A stretch of DNA of 64,000 bases from an uncultured Gammaproteobacteria bacterium (GCA_964626205.1 CAZVED010000001.1:64961-128960), one strand, 5' to 3'; shown: positions 1 to 12,169, counted from the first letter of the stretch. Numbers and translations are program-made. Notes: a model not told the origin generated them from the letters alone.

Positions 1-211
1 CGACAGCCGCATTCAGGCAGTAGATGGCTTTGTCGATACCGGCGCTCGCGATACCTGTCGCTTCGAAGCTCTGCTCCAGGGATTTTCCGGCCTGCCGACC
101 GCTCAGAATGGAGTCTGCCAGGATGAGCGTGAACGTGAGCGTGATGCCCAGCAGGATGGCGACGGAAACGAGAGCAAACCCGCGAGAGGGTTCCGGGAGG
201 TGTGCGGTCAT
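1..211 (-). CDS. prepilin-like (pseudopilin) protein, N-terminal ~70 codons only; gene runs off the window start
   Basis: Minus-strand ATG at 211, 3 nt after the stop of the next pilin gene. N-terminus MTAHLPEPSRGFALVSVAILLGITLTF is a charged leader plus hydrophobic helix as in class III (prepilin) signals, but it lacks Glu+5. Third pilin-like ORF in the pilB-pilC operon. Confidence 0.4.
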   Translation of the reverse strand, partial: MTAHLPEPSRGFALVSVAILLGITLTFTLILADSILSGRQAGKSLEQSFEATGIASAGIDKAIYCLNAAV

Positions 212-214
212 AGG

Positions 215-805
215 CTAGTCGTTACGGAGGGTAAGGGAGGTCCACGCAGGACTGTCGTAGGTCTGTCCGCGGACAGTGACGTCGTTGATAAGGAGCAAGG
301 AGACGCGCGATGCCTGTGTCGGATCAGGGTCATCGTAGCGGAAGACGAGCGCGGCGTTGTTCCTCGTGACGACGCGCGTTCCGGCGAATCGTGCCGACCC
401 GGGAGCGGGGTCCGTGGCGGAGATGACGACATCCGACTCTGACGGATGTCGGGCGAAAGCGATGCGGTCATAGGATGCGGGGATGAGCGCGCCATCGACG
501 TCCGCTGCCGGAAGTTCCAGCACCAGCGTCGTCGCAGAGGTCTCATAGAGCGTGCCGTCGATGGTCGCCGAAGCGAGAATGGCGTTCGCGCCGCGCGCGA
601 GGTCGGAAATGCTCCGTGCCGCGAAGACGGTGCCAGTGTCGGCTTCGATGCGCGCGACCTGCTTGGCGTAGACATCGAACGTCGAGAGGAAGATCTGCGA
701 GATGAGCAACATGATGGTCGTCATCACGGCAAGGACGACGAGCGTTTCCATGAGGGTGACGCCGCGTTCGTCGATGTGTCGTTGTGGTGCCTGGAATCCG
801 CGCAT
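215..805 (-). CDS. type IV pilin-like / pseudopilin (prepilin N-terminal cleavage-methylation motif)
   Basis: N-terminus ...ERGVTLMETLVVLAVMTTIMLL matches G|xTLxE plus a hydrophobic helix. Start codon lies 1 nt after the upstream pilin stop. Composition is normal for this genome, unlike the R-rich antisense frames. Confidence 0.7.
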   Translation of the reverse strand: MRGFQAPQRHIDERGVTLMETLVVLAVMTTIMLLISQIFLSTFDVYAKQVARIEADTGTVFAARSISDLARGANAILASATIDGTLYETSATTLVLELPAADVDGALIPASYDRIAFARHPSESDVVISATDPAPGSARFAGTRVVTRNNAALVFRYDDPDPTQASRVSLLLINDVTVRGQTYDSPAWTSLTLRND

Positions 806-806
806 A

Positions 807-1760
807 TCAGCGGGTGATGAGGGTCGATGCCGACCGCGACTTGGTGAAGAGACCGTCCCGCCAGGTCATGGTTGCGGTCACGGATTTGAGGTAGGCGTCG
901 CCCCCGACGTCCGTGATGGTGAGCGTGCCAGTACCGAGCGGGAGGTCGGCGTAGCTGCGCCGCATCCAGTCCGCCGGGACGGTCCCGACATCGTCGGTAT
1001 CGAAATTCCATACCGTCGTCACCCCGCCTTCTGTCACGACGACGTCGTCGAATGCCATGAGCGCGCCGTTCAGCGCGATGATGCCGATATCGCCGGACGC
1101 GAACGATCCGTCCGCGACCGTCGTGAGCGTGACGCCATCGCGCCGGAGCGTGAAGGAGTTGCTGGACGCGATGATTTGGAGCTCGTACCACGTGCCCGTA
1201 GAATGAGCGACGCTTTGGGACCACAACGTCGTCCGGACACCACCAAGGACGCGGTCCATCGCGATACCGCCGGACGTATACCGGAAGCGGTAGTGGTTCT
1301 CTGCATCACGATAACCGAAGACCACACCCGCACCCCATCCTGCGGGAGAAGAGGAGTCCGCGCGGATGTCTGCCGTGAAAGTGACATTCTCACGGTAATT
1401 GCCAGGGGCAATCATGAGACCTGTTTCCTCGACTGTTGCGGTTTGTGCGGTGCCGATGCGCATCGCCTGCTGTCCTGCGACATCTTGCACCGCCCACCCG
1501 CCGCGCTGGACAGGGGTTCCAAGGAACCGTCCGTCCGTGCGTACGGCTAGTGTTCCGAGCGGGAGGTTCCGTAGCGCTTCAAGTTGTTCCTGCAGAAAAG
1601 CCGCCGCTTGGACCTCATACTGCGTGCGGCGCAGGAAAATGAGACCGGAGATGACGGAGAAATACGTTGCCAAAAGCATCGCGGCGAGGCCGAGGGTAAC
1701 GAGGGTTTCGGCGAGCGTGAAACCGTCTTCGTCGTGGATGGTGCGTCGTATCTGCGGCAT
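807..1760 (-). CDS. type IV pilin-like / pseudopilin (317 aa)
   Basis: N-terminus ...DGFTLAETLVTLGLAAMLL is a prepilin-type motif. ATG at 1760 lies 1 nt after the pilC stop at 1762. Confidence 0.7.
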   Translation of the reverse strand: MPQIRRTIHDEDGFTLAETLVTLGLAAMLLATYFSVISGLIFLRRTQYEVQAAAFLQEQLEALRNLPLGTLAVRTDGRFLGTPVQRGGWAVQDVAGQQAMRIGTAQTATVEETGLMIAPGNYRENVTFTADIRADSSSPAGWGAGVVFGYRDAENHYRFRYTSGGIAMDRVLGGVRTTLWSQSVAHSTGTWYELQIIASSNSFTLRRDGVTLTTVADGSFASGDIGIIALNGALMAFDDVVVTEGGVTTVWNFDTDDVGTVPADWMRRSYADLPLGTGTLTITDVGGDAYLKSVTATMTWRDGLFTKSRSASTLITR

Positions 1761-1761
1761 A

Positions 1762-2856
1762 TTACTGGCTGGCCACGCTCTCGGTGAGCGAGTACATCGG
1801 CATCATGACGGCGAGCGCGATGCCGCCGACCATGCCGCCGAGGATGAGGATGAGGACCGGTTCGATGATGGAGGACAAGTTTGCGAGCGTCTGGTCGACC
1901 TGTTCCTCGTAGAAGCCGGCGACGTCGGCCAGAAGACCGTCGATGTTGCCGGATCGTTCGCCGACGAGCGTCATTTGTACGACGAGCGGGGGATAGAGTT
2001 TCGGATACTCCTTCAGTGTGTCGGAAATGTTGTCACCCTTCTTGATACGCTCCGATGCTTTGAGGACAGAGTCGCGGTAGTGGACGTTGCCGAGCACGGC
2101 TGCCGTGATGACGAGCGATTGCACGACCGGGACATCCGTGCGAAGCAGACTGGAGAACGTGCGCGAGAACCGCGCAAGGTTGACCTTGCGTGCGACCGGA
2201 CCAATGAGCGGACCGCGGATGATGCCGTAATGGAAGATCGCGCGGCCACGGACGGTGTTGCCGAACGCGACAAGCGCGCCGGCGAACGCGAGCGCGGCGA
2301 ACGCCACGAGCAGGCCGTTTTCTTGGACATAGTCGCTCAGGAAGATGAGGATGCGTGTGGGAAGCGGAAGCTGGATATCGCCGAACTCCTTGAAGATGCC
2401 GAGGAGCTTCGGTAGGACGAAGGTGAGGAGGCCGATCGTGATGCCGGACATCGCGACCAAGATGACGATGGGGTAGGTCATCGCACCTTTCACCTTGGAA
2501 CGAAGGTTGTGATCCTTCTTGATCTGGTTCGTGAGTTCCTGAAGGGTGTCTTCGAGCGTACCAGATACCTCGCCGACCTCGATCATCTTGATGAAGATGT
2601 CCGGAAACGCCTTCGGAAACTTCGCGAGTTCGGCGGAGAGCAGCTTGCCTTGATTCACGCCGTCGCGGACTTCGGTGAGAATAACGCGGAAGGTCTTTGA
2701 TTCGGTCTGCATGGCGAGCGTCGCGAGGCCTTCGGAGAGCGACAAGCCTGCATGCACCATGACACGGAGGTTCTCCGTGAAGAACATCTTCTCGGTCAGT
2801 GGGACGCCGGAGTTCCGGATGAGCCAGCGATCGATTTTAGCGAATACTGACGGCAT
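1762..2856 (-). CDS. pilC: type IV pilus / T2SS inner-membrane platform protein PilC/GspF family
   Basis: Polytopic membrane protein with GspF-family repeat architecture. ATG at 2856 overlaps the pilB stop (TGATG); the track's GTG at 2859 is an alternative start. Confidence 0.85.
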   Translation of the reverse strand: MPSVFAKIDRWLIRNSGVPLTEKMFFTENLRVMVHAGLSLSEGLATLAMQTESKTFRVILTEVRDGVNQGKLLSAELAKFPKAFPDIFIKMIEVGEVSGTLEDTLQELTNQIKKDHNLRSKVKGAMTYPIVILVAMSGITIGLLTFVLPKLLGIFKEFGDIQLPLPTRILIFLSDYVQENGLLVAFAALAFAGALVAFGNTVRGRAIFHYGIIRGPLIGPVARKVNLARFSRTFSSLLRTDVPVVQSLVITAAVLGNVHYRDSVLKASERIKKGDNISDTLKEYPKLYPPLVVQMTLVGERSGNIDGLLADVAGFYEEQVDQTLANLSSIIEPVLILILGGMVGGIALAVMMPMYSLTESVASQ

Positions 2857-4616
2857 CACTCTTTGGTTACGCGAAGGATTTCCTCGATGGTCGTGACCCC
2901 CTTGATTGCCTTGATGAAGCCGTCCTCGACCATGAGGAGCATGCCTTGTTCGACTGCCTTGTCTTGGATTTCCGCAGTGGTCGCCTTATGCGCGATAAGG
3001 TCGGCGATCTCCGCGGTGACCTCGAGCGCCTCATGGATGCCGGCGCGGCCTTTGTAGCCGGTGTCGCCGCACTCGTTGCAGCCGGACCCGCTCCAGAACA
3101 TCGTCTCCTCGACGGTTTGCTCTGCCTTCACGACACCTTCGCGCTTGAGGTTCTTCCAGATCCGTTCAAGGTCGACCTGTTCGCGAAGCTGCTCCAGCAC
3201 GTGCGTGGGAATCCGGAAAGAACGCAGACAGTCTTGGCAGACTTTGCGGACGAGGCGTTGGGCGACGATGACGTTGGTCGTGGCGGCGATGAGGAAAGGT
3301 GGGACGTTCATGTCCGTGAGGCGGGGGATGCTCGCAGCGGCGGTGTTGGTGTGGAGCGTGCCAAGCACGAGGTGGCCGGTCATGGCCGCCTGGACGGCGA
3401 TGCCGGCGGTCTCTTCATCGCGGATTTCACCGACCATGATGACGTTCGGGTCTTGGCGGAGGAGTGCGCGGAGGCCTGCAGCGAACGTGAGACCGATCTT
3501 CGCATTCACCTGGGTCTGGTTCACGCCAGGCATGCGGTATTCGATTGGATCTTCGACGGTCGAAAGGTTTACTCCTGGTGTGTTGAGGAGGCCAAGGACG
3601 GAATAGAGCGTCGTTGTTTTTCCGGAGCCTGTCGGACCTGTCACGAGCAGGAGGCCGTGCGGTTTTGCCGCGTTGCGTTCGAGTATCGCTTTGAGCTTCG
3701 GACGGAAGCCGAGCTGGTCGAGCGTGAGCGCCCCGCCGGATTCCTTGAGAAGACGCATGACGATTTTCTCGCCGTCGTAGACCGGAAGGATGCTGACGCG
3801 GAACGCGTACTTGTACTGTGGTGTCTCGATCTTGAAGCGGCCGTCCTGCGGAAGGCGGTGCTCGTCGAGCTTGAGGTTGGAGAGGATCTTGATACGCGCG
3901 ACGATGCCGCTCGCGACCTGTTGCGGGAATGTCATGACTGCGCGAAGCACGCCATCGATGCGGTAGCGCACCGTGATCTCTTTTTCCGCTGGTTCGATAT
4001 GGATGTCGGACGCGCCTTCGAGGATGGCGTGTTCGAGGATGGAGTCGACGACGCGCACGATGGGGATGTCCTCCGCCATCTGCGCGAGCTTCTTGCGTTC
4101 TTCGTCGGATCCGCCTTCCTTTTCCGGAGCGTGCGTGAGTGCGCCGAGTTCGGCGCTGAGACTCTTCTTGTATTGGCTGAGAGCGGTCTCGAGCGACGCG
4201 GGATTGGTGTAGTACACCTTCACCTTGGAGCTCGTCTTTCGCTTGATGAATTCGAATGTCTGGAGGTTTGTCGGGTCGAGCGTCGCGACGCGGAGTTCGT
4301 CGTCTACCTGATCGAACGCGACAATGCCGTGCGATTTCGCGATGGGCTCGGGAATGAGGAAGAGGATATCCTGGCGGATCGGCTGGTCGCGGAGGTTCAC
4401 GAACGGCAGCTTGTAGAACTGCGCCACGATGCGATAGAGCATCTCCTCGGGCATCTTCTTCTCCTTGAGGAGGAACTGTTCCAGCGTCGTATCCTTTCCT
4501 GAGGCGTCCTTTTCCGTAAGCAAATCAGCGAGGCCTTTCGGCGTGAAAGTCCCGGTCTTCCGCAGGATTTTCTTCAGGAGTTCGTCATTGAGCATAGGCG
4601 GCGAGGTTCCCTTCAT
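2856..4616 (-). CDS. pilB: type IV pilus assembly ATPase PilB/GspE family
   Basis: Walker A GPTGSGKTTTLYS. GspE N-terminal domain. C-terminal tetracysteine motif CQDC...CNECGDTGYKGR. 586 aa. Confidence 0.9.
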   Translation of the reverse strand: MKGTSPPMLNDELLKKILRKTGTFTPKGLADLLTEKDASGKDTTLEQFLLKEKKMPEEMLYRIVAQFYKLPFVNLRDQPIRQDILFLIPEPIAKSHGIVAFDQVDDELRVATLDPTNLQTFEFIKRKTSSKVKVYYTNPASLETALSQYKKSLSAELGALTHAPEKEGGSDEERKKLAQMAEDIPIVRVVDSILEHAILEGASDIHIEPAEKEITVRYRIDGVLRAVMTFPQQVASGIVARIKILSNLKLDEHRLPQDGRFKIETPQYKYAFRVSILPVYDGEKIVMRLLKESGGALTLDQLGFRPKLKAILERNAAKPHGLLLVTGPTGSGKTTTLYSVLGLLNTPGVNLSTVEDPIEYRMPGVNQTQVNAKIGLTFAAGLRALLRQDPNVIMVGEIRDEETAGIAVQAAMTGHLVLGTLHTNTAAASIPRLTDMNVPPFLIAATTNVIVAQRLVRKVCQDCLRSFRIPTHVLEQLREQVDLERIWKNLKREGVVKAEQTVEETMFWSGSGCNECGDTGYKGRAGIHEALEVTAEIADLIAHKATTAEIQDKAVEQGMLLMVEDGFIKAIKGVTTIEEILRVTKE

Positions 4617-4662
4617 TTTAGCACAGTTGAGGAAGGCTGGGTATTGGGCGTATACTTCGGGA

Positions 4663-5040
4663 ATGACTGACCTTCTTCGTTACCGCTCATTCCTGCTCGG
4701 CGCCATGGACCGTGCAGGCGTGAGTCTTGCTGTCGCCGCCTTCACGGTGCTGTTGGGGCACTGGCTTGCCGTTCTCTGGTTCGTCGTTCCCCGTTTAGGG
4801 ACGCTCGACTTCCTCCGGCTGCATTATACCGCCGGTCTTGGCATCGACCGTATCGGCGTTTGGTGGCACATCTTCCTCTATCCCGCGGCAGGATTCATCG
4901 TATTCATCGTGAACGTCCTTTTGTCGGCGGTTGCAGGGAGGAAGCATCGTCTGCTGGGGACGCTTGTGCTTTCCGCGACGGTCGTGGTACAGGTCCTTCT
5001 CGCGGCGGGTGGTATCATTGCCGTCTCATTGAACCGATGA
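4663..5040 (+). CDS. small hypothetical membrane protein (~125 aa)
   Basis: ATG at 4663 follows a TATACT -10 box (4651-4656). Three predicted transmembrane helices. The track ORF from 4465 overlaps the pilB 5' end and is probably an over-extension. Confidence 0.5.
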   Translation: MTDLLRYRSFLLGAMDRAGVSLAVAAFTVLLGHWLAVLWFVVPRLGTLDFLRLHYTAGLGIDRIGVWWHIFLYPAAGFIVFIVNVLLSAVAGRKHRLLGTLVLSATVVVQVLLAAGGIIAVSLNR

Positions 5041-5044
5041 CCGT

Positions 5045-6100
5045 ATGGACACCTTTGGCATCATCAAGATTTTCTTCCTCAGCGCGCTGTCGTTCATCGT
5101 CGCCATGATGGTGACGCCGGCGGTCACGCATTTTCTTTATAAGTACCGGATGGGCAAGCAGATCCGCGACGCGGCATCCGCGCCGATCGTGGCGAAACTC
5201 CATGCAGCGAAGGCGGGGACGCCCACCATGGGCGGCATCATCGTCTGGGGGACGGTACTGCTCGTCATGCTCGTTTTCCATTATGGTGCCGTCCTCACGG
5301 GGTGGGCGTTCTTTATGGATTTTACCTTCCTCTCGCGCCCGCAGACGCTCTTGCCGCTCGGGGCATTGGTCGCCAGCGCGCTCGTCGGTCTCGTCGATGA
5401 TTATTGGAACGTGAAGAAGATCGGTCCGTTCGGCGGTGGTCTGCGGTTCCGGCACCGGTTCATGGTCTACTTCGGCATCGCCGCAGTCGGTGCATGGTGG
5501 TTCGCCACGAAGCTGCAGTGGGATCTCTTGCATGTGCCGTTCGTCGGCGACTTCAACATCGGTGCGTGGTACATCCCGGTCTTCATCCTCGTCATCGTCG
5601 CGACGTCGTTCTCGGTGAACCAGGCCGACGGTTTGGACGGGCTTGCCGGCGGGTTGCTGCTCACCGCGTTCGCCACGTATGCCGCCATCGCGTTCGCGCA
5701 GGGCAAGACCGACCTTGCCGCATTCTGCGGAGCCATCGCAGGCGCGCTTCTCGCGTTCCTCTGGTTCAACATCACGCCCGCGCGGTTTTTCATGGGGGAT
5801 ACCGGATCCATGTCGCTCGGCGTGACGCTCGGCATCGTCGCAATGCTCACGAACACGGCACTCCTTCTGCCGATTATCGGCAGCATGTTCGTTCTGGAGG
5901 CCGTGTCGACCATCGTGCAGATTGGTTCCAAGAAGCTCCGTGGAGGGAAGAAGGTGTTCCTGTCCGCACCGATCCACCACCATTTCGAAGCCATCGGATG
6001 GCCGGAAGCGAAGGTCGTCATGCGGTTCTGGATCATCGGTGCGGTCTCCGCGGTCGTCGGACTCATTCTCGCGCTCATGGACATCGGGACCATCCGTTAA
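5045..6100 (+). CDS. mraY: phospho-N-acetylmuramoyl-pentapeptide transferase MraY
   Basis: Motifs PTMGGI, NQADGLDGLAGG and FMGDTGSMSLG. Multi-pass membrane protein, 351 aa. Confidence 0.9.
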   Translation: MDTFGIIKIFFLSALSFIVAMMVTPAVTHFLYKYRMGKQIRDAASAPIVAKLHAAKAGTPTMGGIIVWGTVLLVMLVFHYGAVLTGWAFFMDFTFLSRPQTLLPLGALVASALVGLVDDYWNVKKIGPFGGGLRFRHRFMVYFGIAAVGAWWFATKLQWDLLHVPFVGDFNIGAWYIPVFILVIVATSFSVNQADGLDGLAGGLLLTAFATYAAIAFAQGKTDLAAFCGAIAGALLAFLWFNITPARFFMGDTGSMSLGVTLGIVAMLTNTALLLPIIGSMFVLEAVSTIVQIGSKKLRGGKKVFLSAPIHHHFEAIGWPEAKVVMRFWIIGAVSAVVGLILALMDIGTIR

Positions 6101-6124
6101 GTCGCATAGCATCACAGACCTCCT

Positions 6125-8527
<2,403 letters not shown>

Positions 8528-8530
8528 CCT

Positions 8531-9655
8531 ATGCGGGGCGGGCGGCATGACCTCGTGTTCCTCGCATTGTTGGGCGCGATCATCGTGCTCGGCTTGGTGA
8601 TGCTCACGTCCGCGTCGGGTCCGGTCGCGTACCAGCGGTTCGGTGACGCGTTCTGGTTCCTGAAGCATCAGTTGTTCTTCGGCATCCTTCCCGGAGTCGT
8701 CGCGTTCGCGGTCCTGTCGCGCATCGACTATCGGTTTTGGCGCACGATGGCGTTGCAACTGCTCGTCGCTTCCGTCGTCCTGCTCTTGCTCGTATTCGTT
8801 CCCGGTCTCGGCGCGGAATGGGGAACGTCCCGCAGCTGGATCAATGTTTTCGGCTTTTCCCTGCAGCCTGCGGAAATCGTGAAGCTGACATTCCTCTTGT
8901 ACCTCGCCGCATTGCTCGAAGGGAAAGGGGAGGAGGGTGTTCGCGACCTGTCTGCCGGCCTCGCCCCATTCCTGATTGCGCTCGGCACCATAGCACTCCT
9001 CATCATCCTGCAGCCGGACCTTGGGAGCCTCATGGTCATCGCCGCAATCGCGGTATCCATGTATTTCTTGGCGGGCGCGCCGTGGGTGTACCTGCTCGGC
9101 ATGGGTGGTGCAGGCGTCGTGGCGCTGGCGCTCCTCATCAAGAGCGCACCATACCGCGCCGCGCGCCTCATGACGTTCCTGCATCCGGAGCTCGATCCGC
9201 AGGGTACCGGGTATCACATCAACCAGGCATTTCTCGCCATCGGCTCCGGCGGTCTGTTCGGTCTCGGTCTCGGGCACTCCCGGCAGAAGTATCTCTATCT
9301 TCCTGAGGTCGTCGGTGATTCCATCTTCGCGGTGATGGCCGAGGAGTTTGGTTTCATCCTGATGCTTGGCGTGCTTGCGCTCATTTTGGCGTTCCTGCTT
9401 CGCGGTCTCCGTATCGCGCAGGAAGCTCCAGACGCGTTCGGACGTTTTATCGCGTCGGGTATCGTCGCGTGGGTGTTTTTCCAGACGCTGTTCAACGTCG
9501 GGTCTATGGTCGGTGTCATGCCGATGACCGGTCTGCCGATGCCGTTCGTGAGCTATGGCGGTACGGCGATGCTGGTGATCATGGCGGCAATGGGCATCAT
9601 GGCGAATATCGCGAAGCAGTCAGGTACAAGCGCTTCGCGCACACGACGCTCCTGA
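8531..9655 (+). CDS. ftsW: SEDS-family peptidoglycan polymerase FtsW/RodA
   Basis: About 10 transmembrane helices with SEDS-family architecture. Sits between lon and murG with 1-3 nt junctions. Confidence 0.8.
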   Translation: MRGGRHDLVFLALLGAIIVLGLVMLTSASGPVAYQRFGDAFWFLKHQLFFGILPGVVAFAVLSRIDYRFWRTMALQLLVASVVLLLLVFVPGLGAEWGTSRSWINVFGFSLQPAEIVKLTFLLYLAALLEGKGEEGVRDLSAGLAPFLIALGTIALLIILQPDLGSLMVIAAIAVSMYFLAGAPWVYLLGMGGAGVVALALLIKSAPYRAARLMTFLHPELDPQGTGYHINQAFLAIGSGGLFGLGLGHSRQKYLYLPEVVGDSIFAVMAEEFGFILMLGVLALILAFLLRGLRIAQEAPDAFGRFIASGIVAWVFFQTLFNVGSMVGVMPMTGLPMPFVSYGGTAMLVIMAAMGIMANIAKQSGTSASRTRRS

Positions 9656-9656
9656 T

Positions 9657-10745
9657 ATGCGGCGCATTCTTTTCACTGGTGGAGGGACACTTGGCCCCGT
9701 GACTCCGCTGCTCGCGGTCGCGGAGGCGGTTCGTGTCCACGTTCCGGATGCGGAGCTTTCATGGATCGGCACGATGACCGGCCCGGAGCGGGCATTGGTG
9801 GAGTCTGCCGGCATTCCGTTCTTCGTCGTTCGGTCGGGGAAGCTGCGGCGGTATTTTTCGTTGCGCAACATCTCCGATATTTTCAACATCAAGATCGGAT
9901 TTTTCCAATCGCTGCGGCTCCTGCGGCGTCTGCGTCCGGATGCGGTTATCTCGGCAGGCGGATTCGTCGCGGTACCGGTCATTTGGGCGGCATGGTTCCT
10001 GAGGATTCCCGTGCACATACACGCGCAGGACATCCGCCCAGGGCTTGCTAACCTGTTATCGCTTCCAGTCGCGAGGTCGGTTTCCGTTGCGTTCGCTCCG
10101 TCGCTCAAGGATTTTGAGCGACATCGTCCGGTTTTGACGGGGAATCCGGTCCGCCGAACGGTGCTGTCCGGGTCGCGTGATACAGCCCGCGAGCTTTTCG
10201 GTCTCGAGCATGACGTCCCGACGTTGCTCGTGCTTGGTGGTGGCACAGGGGCGGCGGGCCTCAATGCGCTCGTTCGCGCCGCAACGCCAGAGCTCGGCGT
10301 GTCGATGCAAGTGCTGCATATCACCGGGAAAGGGAAGGGGGATACGACATTCTCGCATCCGCGGTACCACGCGGTCGAGTTCCTCACGGATGCCATGGCG
10401 CATGCCTATGCCGCTGCCGACCTCGTCGTGACGCGCGCGGGCATCGGGACGCTGTCCGAGCTTGCCGCGCTCGCCAAGCCTGCCGTCATCGTGCCGATGC
10501 CGCGTTCGCATCAGGAAGAGAATGCCGCACACTTTTCCGCTGCCGGAGCGGCAATCACGCTTGATGAGATCACCGTGACGCCGGCATCATTCGCGGAAAC
10601 AGTCCTTGCATTGCATGCCGACGCGGCACGTTTACAGGAACTTCGGAGCGGCATGCAGGCACTCGCTGCTCCTGCTGGTGAGCAAGCGGACGCCGCCGAG
10701 GTTGTCGCGGAGCTCGTGTTGCGGATCGCAAGCAAGGGCGGTTGA
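9657..10745 (+). CDS. murG: undecaprenyldiphospho-muramoylpentapeptide beta-N-acetylglucosaminyltransferase MurG
   Basis: N-terminal MRRILFTGGGTLGPVTP glycine loop. GT28 two-domain fold. C-terminal UDP-GlcNAc binding region. Confidence 0.85.
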   Translation: MRRILFTGGGTLGPVTPLLAVAEAVRVHVPDAELSWIGTMTGPERALVESAGIPFFVVRSGKLRRYFSLRNISDIFNIKIGFFQSLRLLRRLRPDAVISAGGFVAVPVIWAAWFLRIPVHIHAQDIRPGLANLLSLPVARSVSVAFAPSLKDFERHRPVLTGNPVRRTVLSGSRDTARELFGLEHDVPTLLVLGGGTGAAGLNALVRAATPELGVSMQVLHITGKGKGDTTFSHPRYHAVEFLTDAMAHAYAAADLVVTRAGIGTLSELAALAKPAVIVPMPRSHQEENAAHFSAAGAAITLDEITVTPASFAETVLALHADAARLQELRSGMQALAAPAGEQADAAEVVAELVLRIASKGG

Positions 10746-10801
10746 CGCCACGTCGGCACCGACGTACGGTGCATGCACGGTCATTGGAAAGGAGGTTCTT
10801 C

Positions 10802-11050
10802 ATGTCCGACCAGCTTGCGTGGGGTCTCGTCATTTTCGTATTCGGCGCCTTCGCGCTCATCATGCTGGCGTTCGCGCTCCACGAGCGGCGGCGGTCGAAG
10901 GCGTTGCGCGCATACGCCGATGCGCTGGCCGAGCAGAACGAGGAGCTCCGACGCATCATCGCGGGGCGAAGCCGTGCTGCGGACGGCACATTGGAGGACG
11001 TCCTTGAGGAGATGGCCGATCGCCCTGGACCAAGAGACACCATCCATTAG
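10802..11050 (+). CDS. small membrane protein (82 aa)
   Basis: ATG at 10802 is preceded by a GGAGG Shine-Dalgarno. One transmembrane helix plus a charged tail. Followed by an intrinsic terminator. Confidence 0.45.
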   Translation: MSDQLAWGLVIFVFGAFALIMLAFALHERRRSKALRAYADALAEQNEELRRIIAGRSRAADGTLEDVLEEMADRPGPRDTIH

Positions 11051-11057
11051 CTTCCAT

Positions 11058-11084
11058 CACCCCTCCGCAAGGGGTGTTTTTTGT
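11058..11084 (+). terminator. rho-independent terminator
   Basis: cacccctccgcaaggggtg hairpin followed by a U-run. Confidence 0.7.
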
Positions 11085-11085
11085 C

Positions 11086-11114
11086 TTGACAGAACCGTTG
11101 GGTGGCGGTAGGGT
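11086..11114 (+). promoter_or_regulatory. sigma70-like promoter TTGACA-N17-TAGGGT
   Basis: Exact -35 hexamer with 17-nt spacing, upstream of the ORF at 11144. Confidence 0.45.
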
Positions 11115-11143
11115 CACGCGTTGTCCTTTTTCGAGGAGGAAGC

Positions 11144-11632
11144 ATGGATACCGCCCCTATGGTCATGGAGCAGATTGCCTCGTTGTGGAGGTTCATCGGC
11201 CTGCTGGCGATCGCGCTCGCTGCGGCGCTCGCGGTCTGCGCGCACGTATGGTTCCGCCTCAATCGTTTCGAGCGGAGGGAATCGCGCATTATCGCGAATC
11301 TCAAGGGTGAGATCGACGCGATGTCGGATACCATCCGCAGGGCATCTGGCATTGCCAAGCCGAAAGGTGAGGCGATGTACGCCGACGATGCGGAGCCGAA
11401 CGCGGACGAGCTCGACGCCGAGGTGGATGAGTTTCTCTCGCATCCGTTGCCGGAAGGTCGGCCACGCACCATGCTGCCGCCGCCGATGGATGGCATCGCG
11501 ACGGTCACCTCCATCGAGGCCGGTCGGATAAAGCGGAGCGCCGTATCCCGGCTCGATCGCTCCGGCTTGCGACCACGTGCGCCGGGCCCGTTCTCCACGA
11601 CGACGGACGAGACCCCGTTCGATGACAGTTGA
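11144..11632 (+). CDS. hypothetical membrane-anchored protein (162 aa)
   Basis: GGAGGAAG Shine-Dalgarno then ATG. N-terminal transmembrane helix followed by an acidic, proline-rich tail. No recognisable domain. Confidence 0.45.
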   Translation: MDTAPMVMEQIASLWRFIGLLAIALAAALAVCAHVWFRLNRFERRESRIIANLKGEIDAMSDTIRRASGIAKPKGEAMYADDAEPNADELDAEVDEFLSHPLPEGRPRTMLPPPMDGIATVTSIEAGRIKRSAVSRLDRSGLRPRAPGPFSTTTDETPFDDS

Positions 11633-11635
11633 CCG

Positions 11636-11665
11636 ATGACGGCACGCTTGTGCCGTCTTTTTTCT
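11636..11665 (+). terminator. rho-independent terminator
   Basis: gacggcac-gctt-gtgccgtc stem followed by tttttt. Confidence 0.6.
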
Positions 11666-11707
11666 TTCCGTGGTATGCTGCCGGAAACAGCCACCATCAT
11701 CATTATT

Positions 11708-11932
11708 ATGGATAATCTTGCATTCACGGTCGACGATCTGTACGAGGAGGTCAAAGAGAAGGCACGCGAAGAAGGCGCGATGAGCCGCGAAGACTGGCAT
11801 GAGATGGTCGACGAGGTGCTCGACGACAAGTTCGAGTTTCAGGAGATCCATGACGACGAAGATGTCGCGCAGTTGAAGGAGGCTTTGCAGGCGCGGTACG
11901 ACGACTTCATGGTGGAGACGGAAGTGATGTAA
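11708..11932 (+). CDS. small acidic hypothetical protein (74 aa)
   Basis: ATG at 11708; the earlier Met in the track ORF lies inside the terminator. Highly acidic, helical. Candidate extended -10 TGgTATGCT at about 11672. Confidence 0.4.
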   Translation: MDNLAFTVDDLYEEVKEKAREEGAMSREDWHEMVDEVLDDKFEFQEIHDDEDVAQLKEALQARYDDFMVETEVM

Positions 11933-11967
11933 AAAGAAACGCCCTCACGTGAGTGGGGGCGTTTCTT

Positions 11968-12043
11968 TGGTGCGCCGGCCGGGGATCGAACCCGGGACCA
12001 TCAGCTTAAAAGGCTGTTGCTCTACCGGCTGAGCTACCGGCGC
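11968..12043 (-). tRNA. tRNA-Lys (anticodon UUU)
   Basis: Manual cloverleaf on the reverse complement: acceptor GCGCCGG/CCGGCGC, D-arm GCUC-AGCCGGUA-GAGC, anticodon loop CUUUUAA, T-arm CCGGG-UUCGAUC-CCCGG, encoded CCA. Confidence 0.9.
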
Positions 12044-12169
12044 GGAGTCCATTTTTGAGCAGGACAACAATAGCATGGCATGACGGTACAGGCAACGGTC
12101 GGATAGCGGTTGCGATTGAGCCTATTTTTTGCTATACTTTCCTCATACTATTCGCGTAACTGCACGGTC

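Noticed and set aside
2946-4502. 518-aa plus-strand ORF antisense to pilB
   Set aside because: Composition is junk-like (runs of R/A/D/E). pilB on the minus strand has Walker A and GspE domains.
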